A model generated the notes under the pieces. It saw nothing but the letters and a program-made list of their open reading frames with translations. It was not told the origin of the DNA and made no database searches. Below are positions 38,541-51,239 of a DNA stretch of 64,000 bases, piece by piece. The stretch lies in NCBI RefSeq assembly GCF_006345805.1, contig NC_042997.1:171678001-171742000 (forward strand), in the 5' to 3' direction. Origin of the DNA: Octopus sinensis (taxonomy: Eukaryota). Positions within the stretch are counted from its first letter, which is position 1, and each line of letters opens with the position of its first letter. The translations under genes were made by a program, and so were the position numbers.

Positions 38541-38840
38541 TTGTGTGTATGTGTGTGCTTATATGTGCATTTGTGTGTATGTGTGTGCCTATATGTGCAT
38601 TTGTGTGTATGTGTGTGCCTATATGTGCATTTGTGTGTATGTGTGTGCCTATATGTGCATTTGTGTGTATGTGTGTGCCTATATGTGCATTTGTGTGTAT
38701 GTGTGTGCCTATATGTGCATTTGTGTGTATGTGTGTGCCTATATGTGCATTTGTGTGTATGTGTGTGCCTATATGTGCATTTGTGTGTATGTGTGTGCCT
38801 ATATGTGCATTTGTGTGTATGTGTGTGCCTATATGTGCAT
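38541..38840 (+). repeat. Minisatellite, 10 x 30 bp
   Basis: TTGTGTGTATGTGTGTGCCTATATGTGCAT repeated almost perfectly. Confidence 0.97.
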
Positions 38841-40188
38841 TTGTGAGTGTGTGTGCATGTGTGCACGCATGTGTATGTATATATGCTTATATGTGCATGT
38901 GTGTGTAAGCTTATTTGTTGAAGTACCTGTGATGCATGGCTGTGTTGTATCAGGGATACTGAGCATACTTTATATTTCTTAGTTGGGAATATTTAGTTAA
39001 TATTCTACCTGTGCTCATCCTACCTTAACCAAATAGAAGAAACATTACATCTCTTTCCCCCTTTAGTCCTATAAATTTGAAGCTGTTGTTTAGATTCTCT
39101 GATGAGCCTTGAGGTAGGGAAACTCTGATCAAAAGTTTCTGATGATGTCTATAATCCGTGTCTCTTCATTACAACAACCCTTTTCCTCTACTTCAGCCTT
39201 ATAGATTAAAAAGTGCTGTTGTCCAGGTATGTGATAAGCCCTGATCCAGCAGAATTATGATAGACTACATTCCAGTTCTTACCATTATCTAATCTGTTGT
39301 TTTTCTGTTAGAACCTCCTATATTTTACACTATCACATTTAGTAATGGCCGTTTGGGGAATTCTTTGTCAAATATTGCAATGCTTATCCCTTTGGTTTAT
39401 TTAGAGAGTTCACTGCAGATGGTGTATTAGTTGGTTGCAGCCAATACATTTTTTTTTTATTTTTTACATCATTAGCTTACTGATACTTGACTTAGCAAGC
39501 ATTAAGCATAACGGTTTGCTTGAGACTGTTAAATAGCTGAGGGCAAATATGCTCAAAATATATTAGTTTCTGCTTGCACATGGTGTTTAGCTAGCTGAAA
39601 ATATTGTCTACTTGGTTTTATCTCTCATTCATGGGATCCACAAGGCAGCGTCACAATACAGAGCTGCCAATTTTGTGCTATCAGTCACTGTTTTGTAGCC
39701 ATGCCTTTGTACAGAGATATTTGAGAGGTATTTGTTGACCATGCAAATATAAAATATTACAGTCACACTCTAACCTCTCATCATCTGACACAAGACCAAC
39801 TCCTTCAATGCCTCCGCCTCTCTCAATGATTCTTTGTCTTGCCAGTTACTTGGTGACCCTGTCAGTGCTTGGATACATTAGATGAGAGTGCAAGCTCATC
39901 TGATAAAAAAATTCATCTGAAAATGAAACGTTTTCTCCAAAATAAGTCACCGGGAAAGGGGTTAATATGTAGAATTAGTATCCAGTCCCCACTGCAAAGT
40001 GGTTGACATTTGAAAGGGTATCCTGCTGCAAAAACCATGCTAAAACTGTGCTGGTGCCACATAAAAATTACTCAATCTACTCTGCAGGGTGAGTGGTGTT
40101 AGATAGGGCATCCATCTGTAAAAATTGTGCCAAAACAATCACAGAAGTCTGGTACAGTCTTCTGCTTGGTCAGCTCCTGTTAAGAGTG

Positions 40189-40336
40189 GGCATGTGGCAT
40201 AGTGGTTAAGAGCGCGGGCTACTAACCCCAAGATTCTGAGTTCAATTCCAAGCAGTGACCTGAACACTAACAATTATAATAATAATAATAATAACATCGA
40301 AAAATACCTTAGGAATGAGGACCTAGGTTTGAAATT
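40189..40336 (+). mobile_element. Family D SINE copy 2, truncated just before the hammerhead
   Basis: Same tRNA-like head, (AAT)n linker and ATCGAAAAATACCTTAGGAATGAG tail start as copy 1. Confidence 0.85.
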
Positions 40337-40634
40337 GTGTAATACCGCTATATTTGGTGGTTATTTATGCAATGAGTTTGTGGACAGTAAATGGATTGGA
40401 TGTGGTACACGAGGAGCAAGAATACCTGAAATAAACATATACACTCATTACTTATTTTTCTATCTTCAATCCCATTGTTTACATAGACATATTTGAATAT
40501 GAAACGTCGTAACTTTCGATGCTGGCTCTAGTTTCTTCAGAAAACATGTAGAGATAATTTCAAAAAGTTAGTGTGAACATATTCAGCATAGGGAGCATAG
40601 TCAGTGTTAGCTTAATTAACATAATGAGCATTAA

Positions 40635-40811
40635 TCCTTTAGCATTCAAACTGGCTATATCCAGCCTCTCACACCTACCTTACAATGTTGTTCTAAAAAA
40701 TAAATGATCACATCATCAAAATCTCAAAGCTACATGATAATGCATAGTTAATTCAAAACAACGTGAATAAATAAGTATTACATTTGATAGAAAAATCTGA
40801 AAGCTAATGGG
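40635..40811. mobile_element. piggyBac-like MITE with TTAA on both sides (related copy at ~7990-8200)
   Basis: TTAA|TCCTTTAGCATT ... AAGCTAATGGG|TTAA. Confidence 0.6.
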
Positions 40812-41145
40812 TTAAACCTAACCAGCAATGAACGAACAGTGAGAAAAAATTTAATATTAATCTGTGATTAATATGATGTTCAATTTTCCAGCAAATATAA
40901 GGCAACTCATGGCATGACTTGACCTTGTTCTAACTATCACAGCAAATTCTCGTATTCAGACAGACAAACACTTATCACTTTGTACATCAATGTTTCGGAG
41001 TTTCCTCCATACACACAGACATGCACACATAGACACACACACAGATGCATGCATGCATACATACATACATACATACATACAGATGTGTGTGTATGTGTAT
41101 ATATATATAATATATATATAATATATATATTATATATATATATAT

Positions 41146-41193
<48 letters not shown>

Positions 41194-41288
41194 TTCAGCA
41201 AAATTAGATTCAGATGAATATGGTACTTAAGTCAAAGGCACCAGAATTTTGTATGGTATTATCCATATAAATCCATGGGGTGATTACA

Positions 41289-41648
41289 ATCAAAATAAGT
41301 AACAAGTACATCTGAGGTAATGTGGCACAATCGTTTCATGCTACTTCATTTTATTAAACACTGTAAGCATTACATCAGTTTTAAAATGTCGAGTAATCCT
41401 CAGCCACCTTTAGAAATTTTCCAATCAAACGGACAATGCACATTCTTATCCCTATTTCATTTGCCAACTTTATAACGAGGGTAGATATACAGACAGAGAG
41501 GTTGATTTCATTCTTAAGAACATGATAGTATTAAATCTACTTGCTCGACATTTTAAAACTGATCTAATGCTTACAGTGTTTAATAAAATGAAGTAGCATG
41601 AAACGATTGTACCACATTACCTCGGATATACTTGTTGCTTATTTTGAT
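41289..41648. mobile_element. MITE with ~108-bp TIRs
   Basis: ATCAAAATAAGTAACAAG.. / ..CTTGTTGCTTATTTTGAT. Confidence 0.85.
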
Positions 41649-41736
41649 ATATATATATGTGTGTGTACATCCAGTATATATATACATATATATATAGCAT
41701 GGAAGGCAGACGTTAAATGATGATATATGTATATAG

Positions 41737-43020
41737 AGTTTTATATTTAACAGATGAGGAATTATGTACATTATTTACATATGGCATATTAGTTAAGAGC
41801 GTGGGCTACTAACCCCAAGATTCTCAGTTTGATTCCAGGCAGTGACCATAATAATAATAATATTAATAATAATAATGATAATAATAATAATATCTAGTAC
41901 AAAAGACTGGATGCTGCGACTTGTGTGTGAACACGAAAGCAGCAAAAAGCTGCATTCTATTGTCAAGGAAGCTTATAAGTTCGAAAGGGAACTAGGCATT
42001 AACCTTGAATCAGGTGAAGAGCCAGAAACCACTGCTACCAAGCAAGCAAAGCGAATCAGGCAGACTGCAAAAAAGAATGGGCAGAATCAAATTGAGAGGC
42101 GGTGGAGCCAGAAGCCCCTGCATGGACAATACATTCTCCGAAGCCAAAATGCTGATGTAGACCAAGCAACAACCCATCAGTGGCTGAAGAGTTCTGGATT
42201 GAAAGCAGAGACTGAAGGCTTCATAATGGCAGCACAAGATCAAAGCTTGTTTACCAGAAATTACCAGGCTAACGTTCTCCGAAACGGTACTGACCCTAAA
42301 TGCAGATTCTGTGACACATTTGACGAACAATAGACCATCTCGTTTCGGGATGTCCTGTGCTGACACCAAACGAATAAAAAAATCGCCACGATAGGGTAGG
42401 ACAGTATATACATTGGAAGATATGTAAACACTACAAATCCGACACTCCTGCTAACTGGTATGAACACCATCCTCAGCCAGTTGTTGAAGGTAAAGATGTC
42501 ACCATCCTCTGGGATTTTCCAGTCAACACTGACAGAACGATCAAGGCTAATCGACCAGACATAATTGTTAAAGACAGGGAAGAAAATACCTGCAGACTAA
42601 TAGAAGTAAGCGTCCCCACTGATAAAAATGTATCTGTCAAGGAATTTGACAAACTTAGTAAATATAAGGACCTGGAAATCGAAATACAGAGGATGTGGAA
42701 TCTTAAAACAAAAACTGTTCCTGTTATTGTAGGTGCCCTAGGTATGATAAAAAAGGGATGTCAGAAACACCTAGACAATATCCCTGGAAAACCATGTCTC
42801 AAGGAAATCCAAAAGATTGTGCTAACAAGTACTGCCCACATCCTTAGAAAAACCCTATCAATGTAAATGTTTGTGTTTGTATTACATGGAGATATTTCTC
42901 TACTTCCCCTCCCCAAGCTTTCAGCTATATTTCAACAACTCTTAACCTTCACTTGCCCTAGGGCGCTGGGTGTGCCCCGGCAGGTGATTGCATCAAACAT
43001 GCAGATTAAAAGTAAATGAC

Positions 43021-43054
<34 letters not shown>

Positions 43055-43195
43055 TCAAAAAATACCTTAGGAATGAGAACCCAGGTTCAAAATTCCCCCA
43101 AGACACCTGATGTAGGCTGGAGGGTATATCAGCCGAAACATTGTGTTAACAACAAACAAGATGAGGACAAATATCTGTCAAATATATGTAATGTA
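41737..43195 (+). mobile_element. Family D SINE copy 3: inverted tail fragment (41737-41780), head (41778-41848), linker split by the R4 insertion, tail (43053-43195) with hammerhead at 43103-43146
   Basis: Head and tail are collinear with copies 1 and 2. The hammerhead reads ACAC-CUGAUGU-A-GGCUG..CAGCC-GAAAC-AUU-GUGU (A9 mutated). Confidence 0.82.
41892..43020 (+). mobile_element. 5'-truncated R4/Dong-like non-LTR retrotransposon (CCHC knuckle + restriction-like endonuclease) inserted in (AAT)n
   Basis: Translation gives KPLHGQY..SGLKAETEGFIMAAQDQSL..CRFC..ETIDHLVSGC..RHD..ILWDF..ANRPDII..LIEVSVP..KLSKYKDL..VPVIVGALG..TAHILRKTLSM*, with the stop at 42864-42866. It carries one frameshift (~42328) and one premature stop, and has (AAT)n on both sides. 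Confidence 0.9.
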
Positions 43196-43229
43196 TATAC
43201 ATATATGTAGGCATACCTCCCATTGTGAA

Positions 43230-43510
43230 GGCATGTGGCTTAGTAGTTAGAGCATTTGACTCACGATTGTAAAATTGTGAGTCAATTCCCTGTGACACAT
43301 TGTATCCTCTCAGCTGGCAAAAGTGAGTTGTACCTACATTTCAAAGGGCCAGCCTTGTCACACTCTGTGTCATGCTGAATCTCCCTGAGAACTATGTTAG
43401 AGGTATATGTGTCTGTGGATTGCTCAGCCACTTGCACATTAATTTCACAAGCAAGATGTTCTGTTGATCACATCAGCAGGGACCCTCGTCATCGTAACCG
43501 ACGGAATTCT
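43230..43510 (+). mobile_element. tRNA-headed SINE family G
   Basis: GGCATGTGGCTTAGTAGTTAGAGC head, a distinct core (CAAAGGGCCAGCCTTGTCACAC) and a TCGTAACCGACGG 3' end. Confidence 0.7.
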
Positions 43511-43695
43511 CCCATACATCCCATAACAGCAATGTTACATTATGGAATTTCATAACATGGAATTTATTTCCCATTGACAACCCTGTTACACACAAAGCAA
43601 TGAACATAGAAGCCTATGGGAAATATTCTTCACATTACAAAATCTCTTGTAATATAATGTGTACAAGGACGAAACATGCAATTCCTGCCACACCC

Positions 43696-45320
43696 TCATC
43701 ATCATCATCGTTTTTAACGTCTGTTTTCCGCGCTAGCACGGGTTGGACGGTTTCGACCGGGGTCTGGGGAGCTAGGGACTGCCCCAGGCTCCAGTCTAGT
43801 CTGGCAGTGTTTCTACAGCTGGATGCCCTTCCTAACGCCAACCACTCCGCGAGTGTAGTGGGTGTTTTTTACGTGCCACCTGCACAGGTGCCAGAGGGGT
43901 CTGGCATCGGCCACGTTCGGATGGTGCTTTTTATGTGGGGGGGGTGCAGAAATATATAGGGGAGCACCAGTGGGGAGGGGTGGTTCAGAGAAATGATGAC
44001 AGGTTCTAGGCAAGTAGAACGTAGGATATCAAGAGAGGGGTAATGCATGGTGAAATAGCGTGTTGAAGAGGGTGTTCGAAGAGTAGACACCTATAATGGT
44101 GGTGGGAGAAGCGACATCCGGTATAGATGGAACAAAAATATAGAGATATCCGGTATTGGTGGTGTGGGTGGGCAAGGGCGGGTGCACCGGGAATATGCGA
44201 AGGTTGAACTTTAGAGAAACAGGCGGGAATGGCGATGTTTTTAGGGTGGCATATAGAAAGAAAAGGAAAGCAAAGCAGATTGGTGGTTATAAGTTCAAAA
44301 CATTTAAACGGTAGACAAATGTATGTATGTATGAAAAAGAAGGGAGAAAATCTTCTTAGCTTGCTTATGGACATCGCTGTAGGTCGGGGAAGAAATGATA
44401 GTGAATGGTGGAGATCGAATTAAAGGAATATGCGAAGGTTGAACTTTAGAGAAACGGGCGGGAATGGCGATGTTTTTAGGGTGGCATATAGAAAGAAAAG
44501 GAAAGCAAAGCAGATTGGTGGTTATAAGTTCAAAACATTTAAACGGTAGACAATGTATGTATGTATGAAAAAGAAGGGAGAAAATCTTCTTAGCTTGCTT
44601 ATGGACATCGCTGTAGGTCGGGGAAGAAATGATAGTGAATGGTGGAGATCGAATTAAAGGAATATGCGAAGGTTGAACTTTAGAGAAACGGGCGGGAATG
44701 GCGATGTTTTTAGGGTGGCATATAGAAAGAAAAGGAAAGCAAAGCAGATTGGTGGTTATAAGTTCAAAACATTTAAACGGTAGACAAATGTATGTATGTA
44801 TGAAAAAGAAGGGAGAAAATCTTCTTAGCTTGCTTATGGACATCGCTGTAGGTCGGGGAAGAAATGATAGTGAATGGTGGAGATCGAATTAAAGGAATAT
44901 GCGAAGGTTGAACTTTAGAGAAACGGGCGGGAATGGCGATGTTTTTAGGGTGGCATATAGAAAGAAAAGGAAAGCAAAGCAGATTGGGGTTATAAGTTCA
45001 AAACATTTAAACGGTAGACAAATGTATGTATGTATGAAAAAGAAGGGAGAAAATCTTCTTAGCTTGCTTATGGACATCGCTGTAGGTCGGGGAAGAAATG
45101 ATAGTGAATGGTGGAGATCGAATTAAAGGAATATGCGAAGGTTGAACTTTAGAGAAACGGGCGGGAATGGCAATGTTTTTAGGGTGGCATATAGAAAGAA
45201 AAGGAAAGCAAAGCAGATTGGTGGTTATAAGTTCAAAACATTTAAACGGTAGACAATGTATGTATGTATGAAAAAGAAGGGAGAAAATCTTCTTAGCTTG
45301 CTTATGGACATCGCTGTAGG
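43696..45320 (-). mobile_element. Composite element C' copy A: 4.8 x ~235-bp monomers + ~500-bp constant module + (GAT)n tail
   Basis: Monomer marker GGAATATG at 44190, 44425, 44659, 44894 and 45128. The constant module (43696-44189) is near-identical to 50123-50620. Confidence 0.9.
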
Positions 45321-45334
45321 TATATATATATATT

Positions 45335-45537
45335 AACCACATGTAGATCGTTGGTGATTTTTTCCCTCCATCTTCCTTTTCTATTGGACTTACTTCCACC
45401 TCCTGTTTCTGATGAAGAGCTTTGCTCAAAATGTAAAACTACCTTTCTTTCCTTCCCTGAACATCTGCTAATACTTTGCATGTACCATGTCCTTGTGTTG
45501 TTGCTATTTTCTCGTGTTTGTTTTTGGGATTAACTAT
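45335..45537 (+). mobile_element. Family P2 short element with hammerhead motif at 45405-45439
   Basis: GTTT-CTGATGA-A-GAGC-TTT-GCTC-AAAAT-GTA-AAAC is two CpG-type changes away from GAAAC-GUA. Stem I GUUU/AAAC is perfect. Confidence 0.75.
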
Positions 45538-45538
45538 A

Positions 45539-45577
<39 letters not shown>

Positions 45578-46501
45578 ATATATATATATATATGTGTGTG
45601 TATATATATATGTGTGTGTGTGTGTATGTGTGGTGTTTATATATATATATATATCAAAACAGGAAGTTGAAAAATATTTTGAGATTATTTATTCACCATT
45701 ACACATGTTTCATTTGCTAATAGAAACTCCAAAGTTTTAGACAGAGAAATTAAATTATACTCTGCCTACATAAATATATATATAACTATATAGTCGCCAT
45801 ATTTCATTCCATAACTGCTATCTCTGAGGAGCACAAGGTTATATAATCAACCTGTTATCAAACACTTCATTGAACCCCTCATGCAAAACTAATTCGTAAA
45901 ATTGACCATAATGGATGTATAATACTTTACACTTCAATTGATATAAATATATATATATGTGAATGTGTGTATGTATATGAATGTATATATTAAGACAATA
46001 CTGCTCTTGTCAAATGCCCAGAACTGTTATACATAGCATCTACATCCTTACAGATTGTCTCTTCTTTACAGAAGATTGTGATCAGACAGTGAAACTTTAC
46101 AGTCTAGAGTAATTTTAATAGATATTTAATTTAATATCCATGACTATAGACTACGTTTGCCCTCAGTATATTTCAATATGTCATTGCACATATACACACA
46201 CAAATAGTTATGTGTGCATGCATGTATGTATGTGTGTGTGTGTGTGTGCGTTTTCATAAACACAAAGACATATACATGAATGCAGGCACACACAGACAGA
46301 CAAATACACACATGGACATATATATTGTAGACAGAAAATTAACTTTTATAGAACCACCATTAAAAGACAATAATTTTCTTTTTTTTCGAAATAGATAATT
46401 GTTATTTTAGATTCAAACATATTATTTTCCTCAGTTTCCTTTCCCCCCTTATCTGTAGCTAATCTTTTATGTATGTGTATGTATGTGTGTATGTACTTGT
46501 A

Positions 46502-46539
<38 letters not shown>

Positions 46540-46604
46540 TATGTATGCATATATATATATATATACATATATACACATATATACACACACATATATGTAT
46601 ATGC

Positions 46605-46648
<44 letters not shown>

Positions 46649-47274
46649 CATCTCCATATATGTATATAATATATATAGGCATATACATATGTATATATAT
46701 ATGTGTGTATATGTGTGTGTTTGTGACAGACTGAGAAAATTAACTTTTGTAGAACTGCCATTAAATGACAATAAATGTTTTTTTTTTCACAATAGATAAT
46801 TGTTATTTTCGATTCAAACATATTATTCTGCTCAGCTTCCTATCCCCTCTTATCTGTGGATAATCTCATACAATTTCTTTGCTTAGCTGACATCAGATAC
46901 ATGCTGGATGATATCAAGCAACTAGCAACAAGGGCTAACAAGTCTTCCTGCAGTTTTTTTACTGTTATCGCTAATATTGTTTCTCTCATCATTACAGCTG
47001 CTACTGTTGCTACTGTTGCTTTCACTTTTGTCATTCTTATTGTTATAATTGTTGCGGGTTTTATTTTACAACTGTTGTTGTTGAAAATATTTTTGATGTG
47101 CTTCTTGAATTTTCAGTAGCAGGTATTTTATTTGCTTTTGAGATTTTAGTCCATTTCAGTTTATGATAGATTTTTTACAAAAAAAAAAGAAAAAGAAAAA
47201 GAAAAATTTTTAATTTTTAGAAAAAAAAAAACAATTTTTAAATGAAAGTGTCTCCTAGAAATTTTATTGTCTGT

Positions 47275-48235
47275 GAGAATTTCTATGAGTTGATGTTTTA
47301 GTTGCCATAGCTGAATCTGTCGAAGAATTAGAAAAGAAATTTTTAAATAGGGGAGCAGAGCTCTAGAATCAAGGAGTTTTTAAGTAAACCTAGTAAAGAT
47401 AGATGTTGTAGTTAAGAAGAAAGAAGAAGAATATTATCAAGTGGGAAGCATGATCAACACCACCACCGCCACCAACTTTTTCTTTTCCTCCTCCTCCCCC
47501 TCTTCGTTTTCCACCTGCTCTTTCTGCTTCCCATCATGCTCCTATTCATCCTCCTCCCCGCTCTGTCGTCATTCTTCCTTCGTTATATATTTCACTCACT
47601 ATGAAATATAGAGGCACAAAAGATACATTAAGATCATAGGCTGAATAACAGAGAGGAAGGACTTTGTATATAATAGAGCCATTGGTACCCTCGCCGGTAA
47701 CATGTGTAAAAGATTCAAGCGAGGTCGTTGCCAATGCCACCTGACTGGCCCCGTGCCGGTGGCATGTAAAAGCACCCACTACACTCTCAGAATGGTTGGC
47801 GTTAGGAAGGGCATCCAGCTGTAGAAACTCTGCCAGATCAAGATTGAAGCCTGGTGCAGCCATCTGGTTCGCCAGCCCTCAGTCATACGTCCAACCCATG
47901 CTAGCAACCCATGATGAGGAAGAGCATGCATGATATAAAGTGTTATCAAATTTGGGGGACTGTGCTATCATGAAGTAACTGATAGCTTCTGTAACTTAGG
48001 CGACTCAATTAGCAGTTGACAAAGGTGTTCTAGAAGCTCATAAACTAGAGTAAGAATATGGAGTAAAATGTTCAGGTGACTATTTACCTTTAGTAGCATC
48101 AAAGATTTTCTTTCTCCTAGTGAAAGGCAGATATGATGCTTATGTATGAAGAGTAATGATGTGTGGCTGCTAACAATTGGCTGTGAATGCTTCAGATGTG
48201 AAGAAATAAGGCAGTGGTACTTTACTTGAGTGTAA
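47275..48235 (+). mobile_element. Old RTE-clade LINE remnant split by later insertions (47275-47410 and 47960-48235)
   Basis: A degenerate YADD region (..IAESVEELEKKF..ALESR..KVNLVK) is followed, after the insertions, by EVTDSFCNLGDSIS..TRVRIW..KGR.YDAYV. Confidence 0.65.
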
Positions 48236-48640
48236 GTTTAGTGTGTATGATCACCAAAGCACAAATAAGCTGAGAGAAAAAATTGCATATAAGGTGCAGA
48301 CGTGGCTGTGTAGTAAGAAGCTTGCTTCCCAACCACAGCATGGCACCTTGGGCAAGTGTCTTCTACAATAGCCTTCTACTATAATACATGTGTTTACATA
48401 CACATATATGTGTGTGTGTGTCCATATGTTAGTCATTTTATTGAAAATATTTTTAACCAGATTTCTTTTAAAATTATTTTAATGACCATTCTCAGGCCAA
48501 CGAAAGCCTTGTAAGTGGATTTAGTAGACAGAAACTGAAAGAAGCCTGTCATTTATATATACATGGCGGTACCCCAGCATGGCCACAGCTCATGAGCTGA
48601 AACTAGATAAAATAAATAAATAAAATAAATATATATATAT

Positions 48641-49560
48641 ATTCAATTTTGAGGGATTAATCGATATGCGGGTATTCTATTTCAGATAATACAAAAATAA
48701 CCTAATGAGTATATCTGACAATAAACTCATGGTATCACTTTGCACATCACAAAATAATACTTAAAGGATATAACCAAAATTTCCAGTTGGATATATAATA
48801 TACTTCATTAATTATATCCTACTTTAGTTAATACTTATATTTATTAAATATGAAGGAACTACATGTGTTTCAGCATTGGAAGATTACAATATATATACAT
48901 ATATAAATACATATATGCTATCGTCAGATTTACAATTATTCCAACACATCTTCAGGTTCTATTTCAAAACATTATATATCTGATTTTACATCCCTTTAAA
49001 AATAAGCAATACAATTAAGCGTTAAAGATTAAAAATTAAGAATAAAAATTATACTTTGTAATATTAAGAATTAAAATTTATAAATTATCCATTATAAATA
49101 TGAATTAGTATATATATCAATCATGTAAAATCAAGTATATGTCAAATACAGAATGTGAGATATAAGATTAAACATCAGAATAAAAATGTCTGTGTTTAAA
49201 TGTGATATATAACAAGAAAAATTCAAATACTATTTTCAGCTTCGCCTTGTATTGCATATTATTTCTCCATACAGGGGTTTTTTCAATGGCGGCCCATTTT
49301 CGCGGGGTTCCACTATTCCCTTCTCTCTCTCCCTCTTTTACGTTGTCTGCCATCCCCCCTCTTCCTTTGCTAAGAGCATTTAAGCCAGCCCGTCATATTC
49401 CCGTGTCAGGCCGAAGAACGAAATGTTCCCAAGATAAGAGAGTCTTTCTAATCTAATGTTGTGGTTGAGCTGTTTATTATTATTATTATTACTATTATTA
49501 GTAGTATTAGTATTGTCCCTTTGATCCTCGGTCGAAAATTTGCTTATTATTATTATTATA

Positions 49561-49591
<31 letters not shown>

Positions 49592-49901
49592 TTTCAGCTT
49601 CGCTTGTATTGCATATTATTTCTCCATACAGGGGTTTTTTCAATGGCGGCCCATTTTCGCGGGGTTCCACTATTTCCCTTCTCTCTCTCCCTCTTTTACG
49701 TTGTCTGCCATCCCCCCTCTTCCTTTGCTAAGAGCATTTAAGCCAGCCCGTCATATTCCCGTGTCAGGCCGAAGAACGAAATGTTCCCAAGATAAGAGAG
49801 TCTTTCTAATCTAATGTTGTGGTTGAGCTGTTTATTATTATTATTATTACTATTATTAGTAGTATTAGTATTGTCCCTTTGATCCTCGGTCGAAAATTTG
49901 C

Positions 49902-49950
<49 letters not shown>

Positions 49951-51070
49951 TTTCAGCTTCGCCTTGTATTGCATATTATTTCTCCATACAGGGGTTTTTT
50001 CAATGGCGGCCCATTTTCGCGGGGTTCCACTATTTCCCTCTCTCTCTCTCCCTCTTTTACGTTGTCTGCCATCCCCCCTCTTCCTTGCTAAGAGCATTTT
50101 TAAGCCAGCCCGTCATATTCCCGGTGCACCCGCCCTTGCCCACCCCCACCACCAATACCGGATATCTCTATATTTTTGCTCATCTATACCGGATGTCGCT
50201 TCTCCCACCACCATTATAGGTGTCTACTCTTCGAACCCCCCTCTTCAATACGCTATTTGACCATGCATTACCCCTCTCTTGATATCCTACGTTCTACTTG
50301 CCTAGAACCTGTCATCATTTCTCTGAACCACCCCTCCCCACTGGTGCTCCCCCTATATTTCTCCCCCCCCCACATAAAAAGCACCATCCGAACGTGGCCG
50401 ATGCCAGACCCCTCTGGCACCTGTGCAGGTGGCACGTAAAAAACACCCACTACACTCGCGGAGTGGTTGGCGTTAGGAAGGGCATCCAGCTGTAGAAACA
50501 CTGCCAGACTAGACTGGAGCCTGGGGCAGTCCCGAGCTCCCCAGACCCCGGTCGAAACCGTCCAACCCGTGCTAGCGCGGAAAACGGACGTTAAATGATG
50601 ATGATGATGATGATGATGATATCTTCCTTTTTTTTGCTGGTATATAATGGTGGATTGAGGAAGAAGATAGCAGGGAACTATGGGTATTTATAGGTGAATA
50701 GTACCAAGGTGGTGGTGGAAGGGTGGTAATTACACTAAACATAGATTTAATTTTAAATCATCCTCTATTATTATTTTCAAATTTACCTATATTGGGAGGT
50801 ATATATAATTTGTTGTTATATAATTTTAGTAATATTTAATTAATATATTTATTTTATTTAAATTATTGTATTATTATTTTTATTTATTTATATAGTGTAT
50901 TCAAGTGCTTTAGAAATAAAATTATATATAATTTTGGTTATATCCTTTAAGTATTATTTCGTGATGTGCAAACTGATACCATGAGTTTACTGTCAGATAC
51001 ACTCATTAGGTTATTTTTGTATTATCTGAAATAGAATACCTGCATATCAATTAATCCCCCAAAATTGAAT
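48641..51070. mobile_element. Non-autonomous TIR element (~140-bp TIRs) hosting composite element C' copy B
   Basis: 48641-48780 (ATTCAATTTTGAGGGATTAAT..GGATATAACCAAAAT) is the reverse complement of 50931-51070. Confidence 0.8.
49229..50620 (+). mobile_element. Composite element C' copy B: 2.5 x ~360-bp monomers + same constant module + (GAT)n tail
   Basis: CATATTCCC at 49394, 49752 and 50114. The module starts GGTGCACCCGCCC and ends CGGACGTTAAATGATGATG. Confidence 0.9.
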
Positions 51071-51239
51071 TTTATCTGATACTTTGTATATTTATAGATA
51101 AATATATAAATATACGATAAATAAGACCCCAAAGTACGATATGTAGATGTATATAATGCTGTAGCGTTACACCTGATTGGTTTGGAAATTTGTTTTACCA
51201 AATCATTAATATATATATATAATGAGTTAGAGGTTATAT

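Noticed and set aside
37613-38982. 224-aa Ser-rich and ~200-aa Cys/Val-rich ORFs
   Set aside because: Produced by the 87-bp and 30-bp minisatellites; open on both strands and in several frames.
39197-39226. 30-bp + strand microexon PYRLKSAVVQ with good splice sites
   Set aside because: The donor lies in a decayed repeat also seen near 54405 and 59235, and no supporting neighbouring exons were found.
44183-45320. CRISPR-like or gene-like reading of the tandem arrays
   Set aside because: The units are identical over their full length with no unique spacers, and the context is eukaryotic. The ORFs are short and repeat with the unit.
49260-49320. HDV-like ribozyme in monomer B (CCCATTTTCGCGGGG)
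   Set aside because: L3 lacks the required C, P3 mismatches, and no P1 partner is found upstream.
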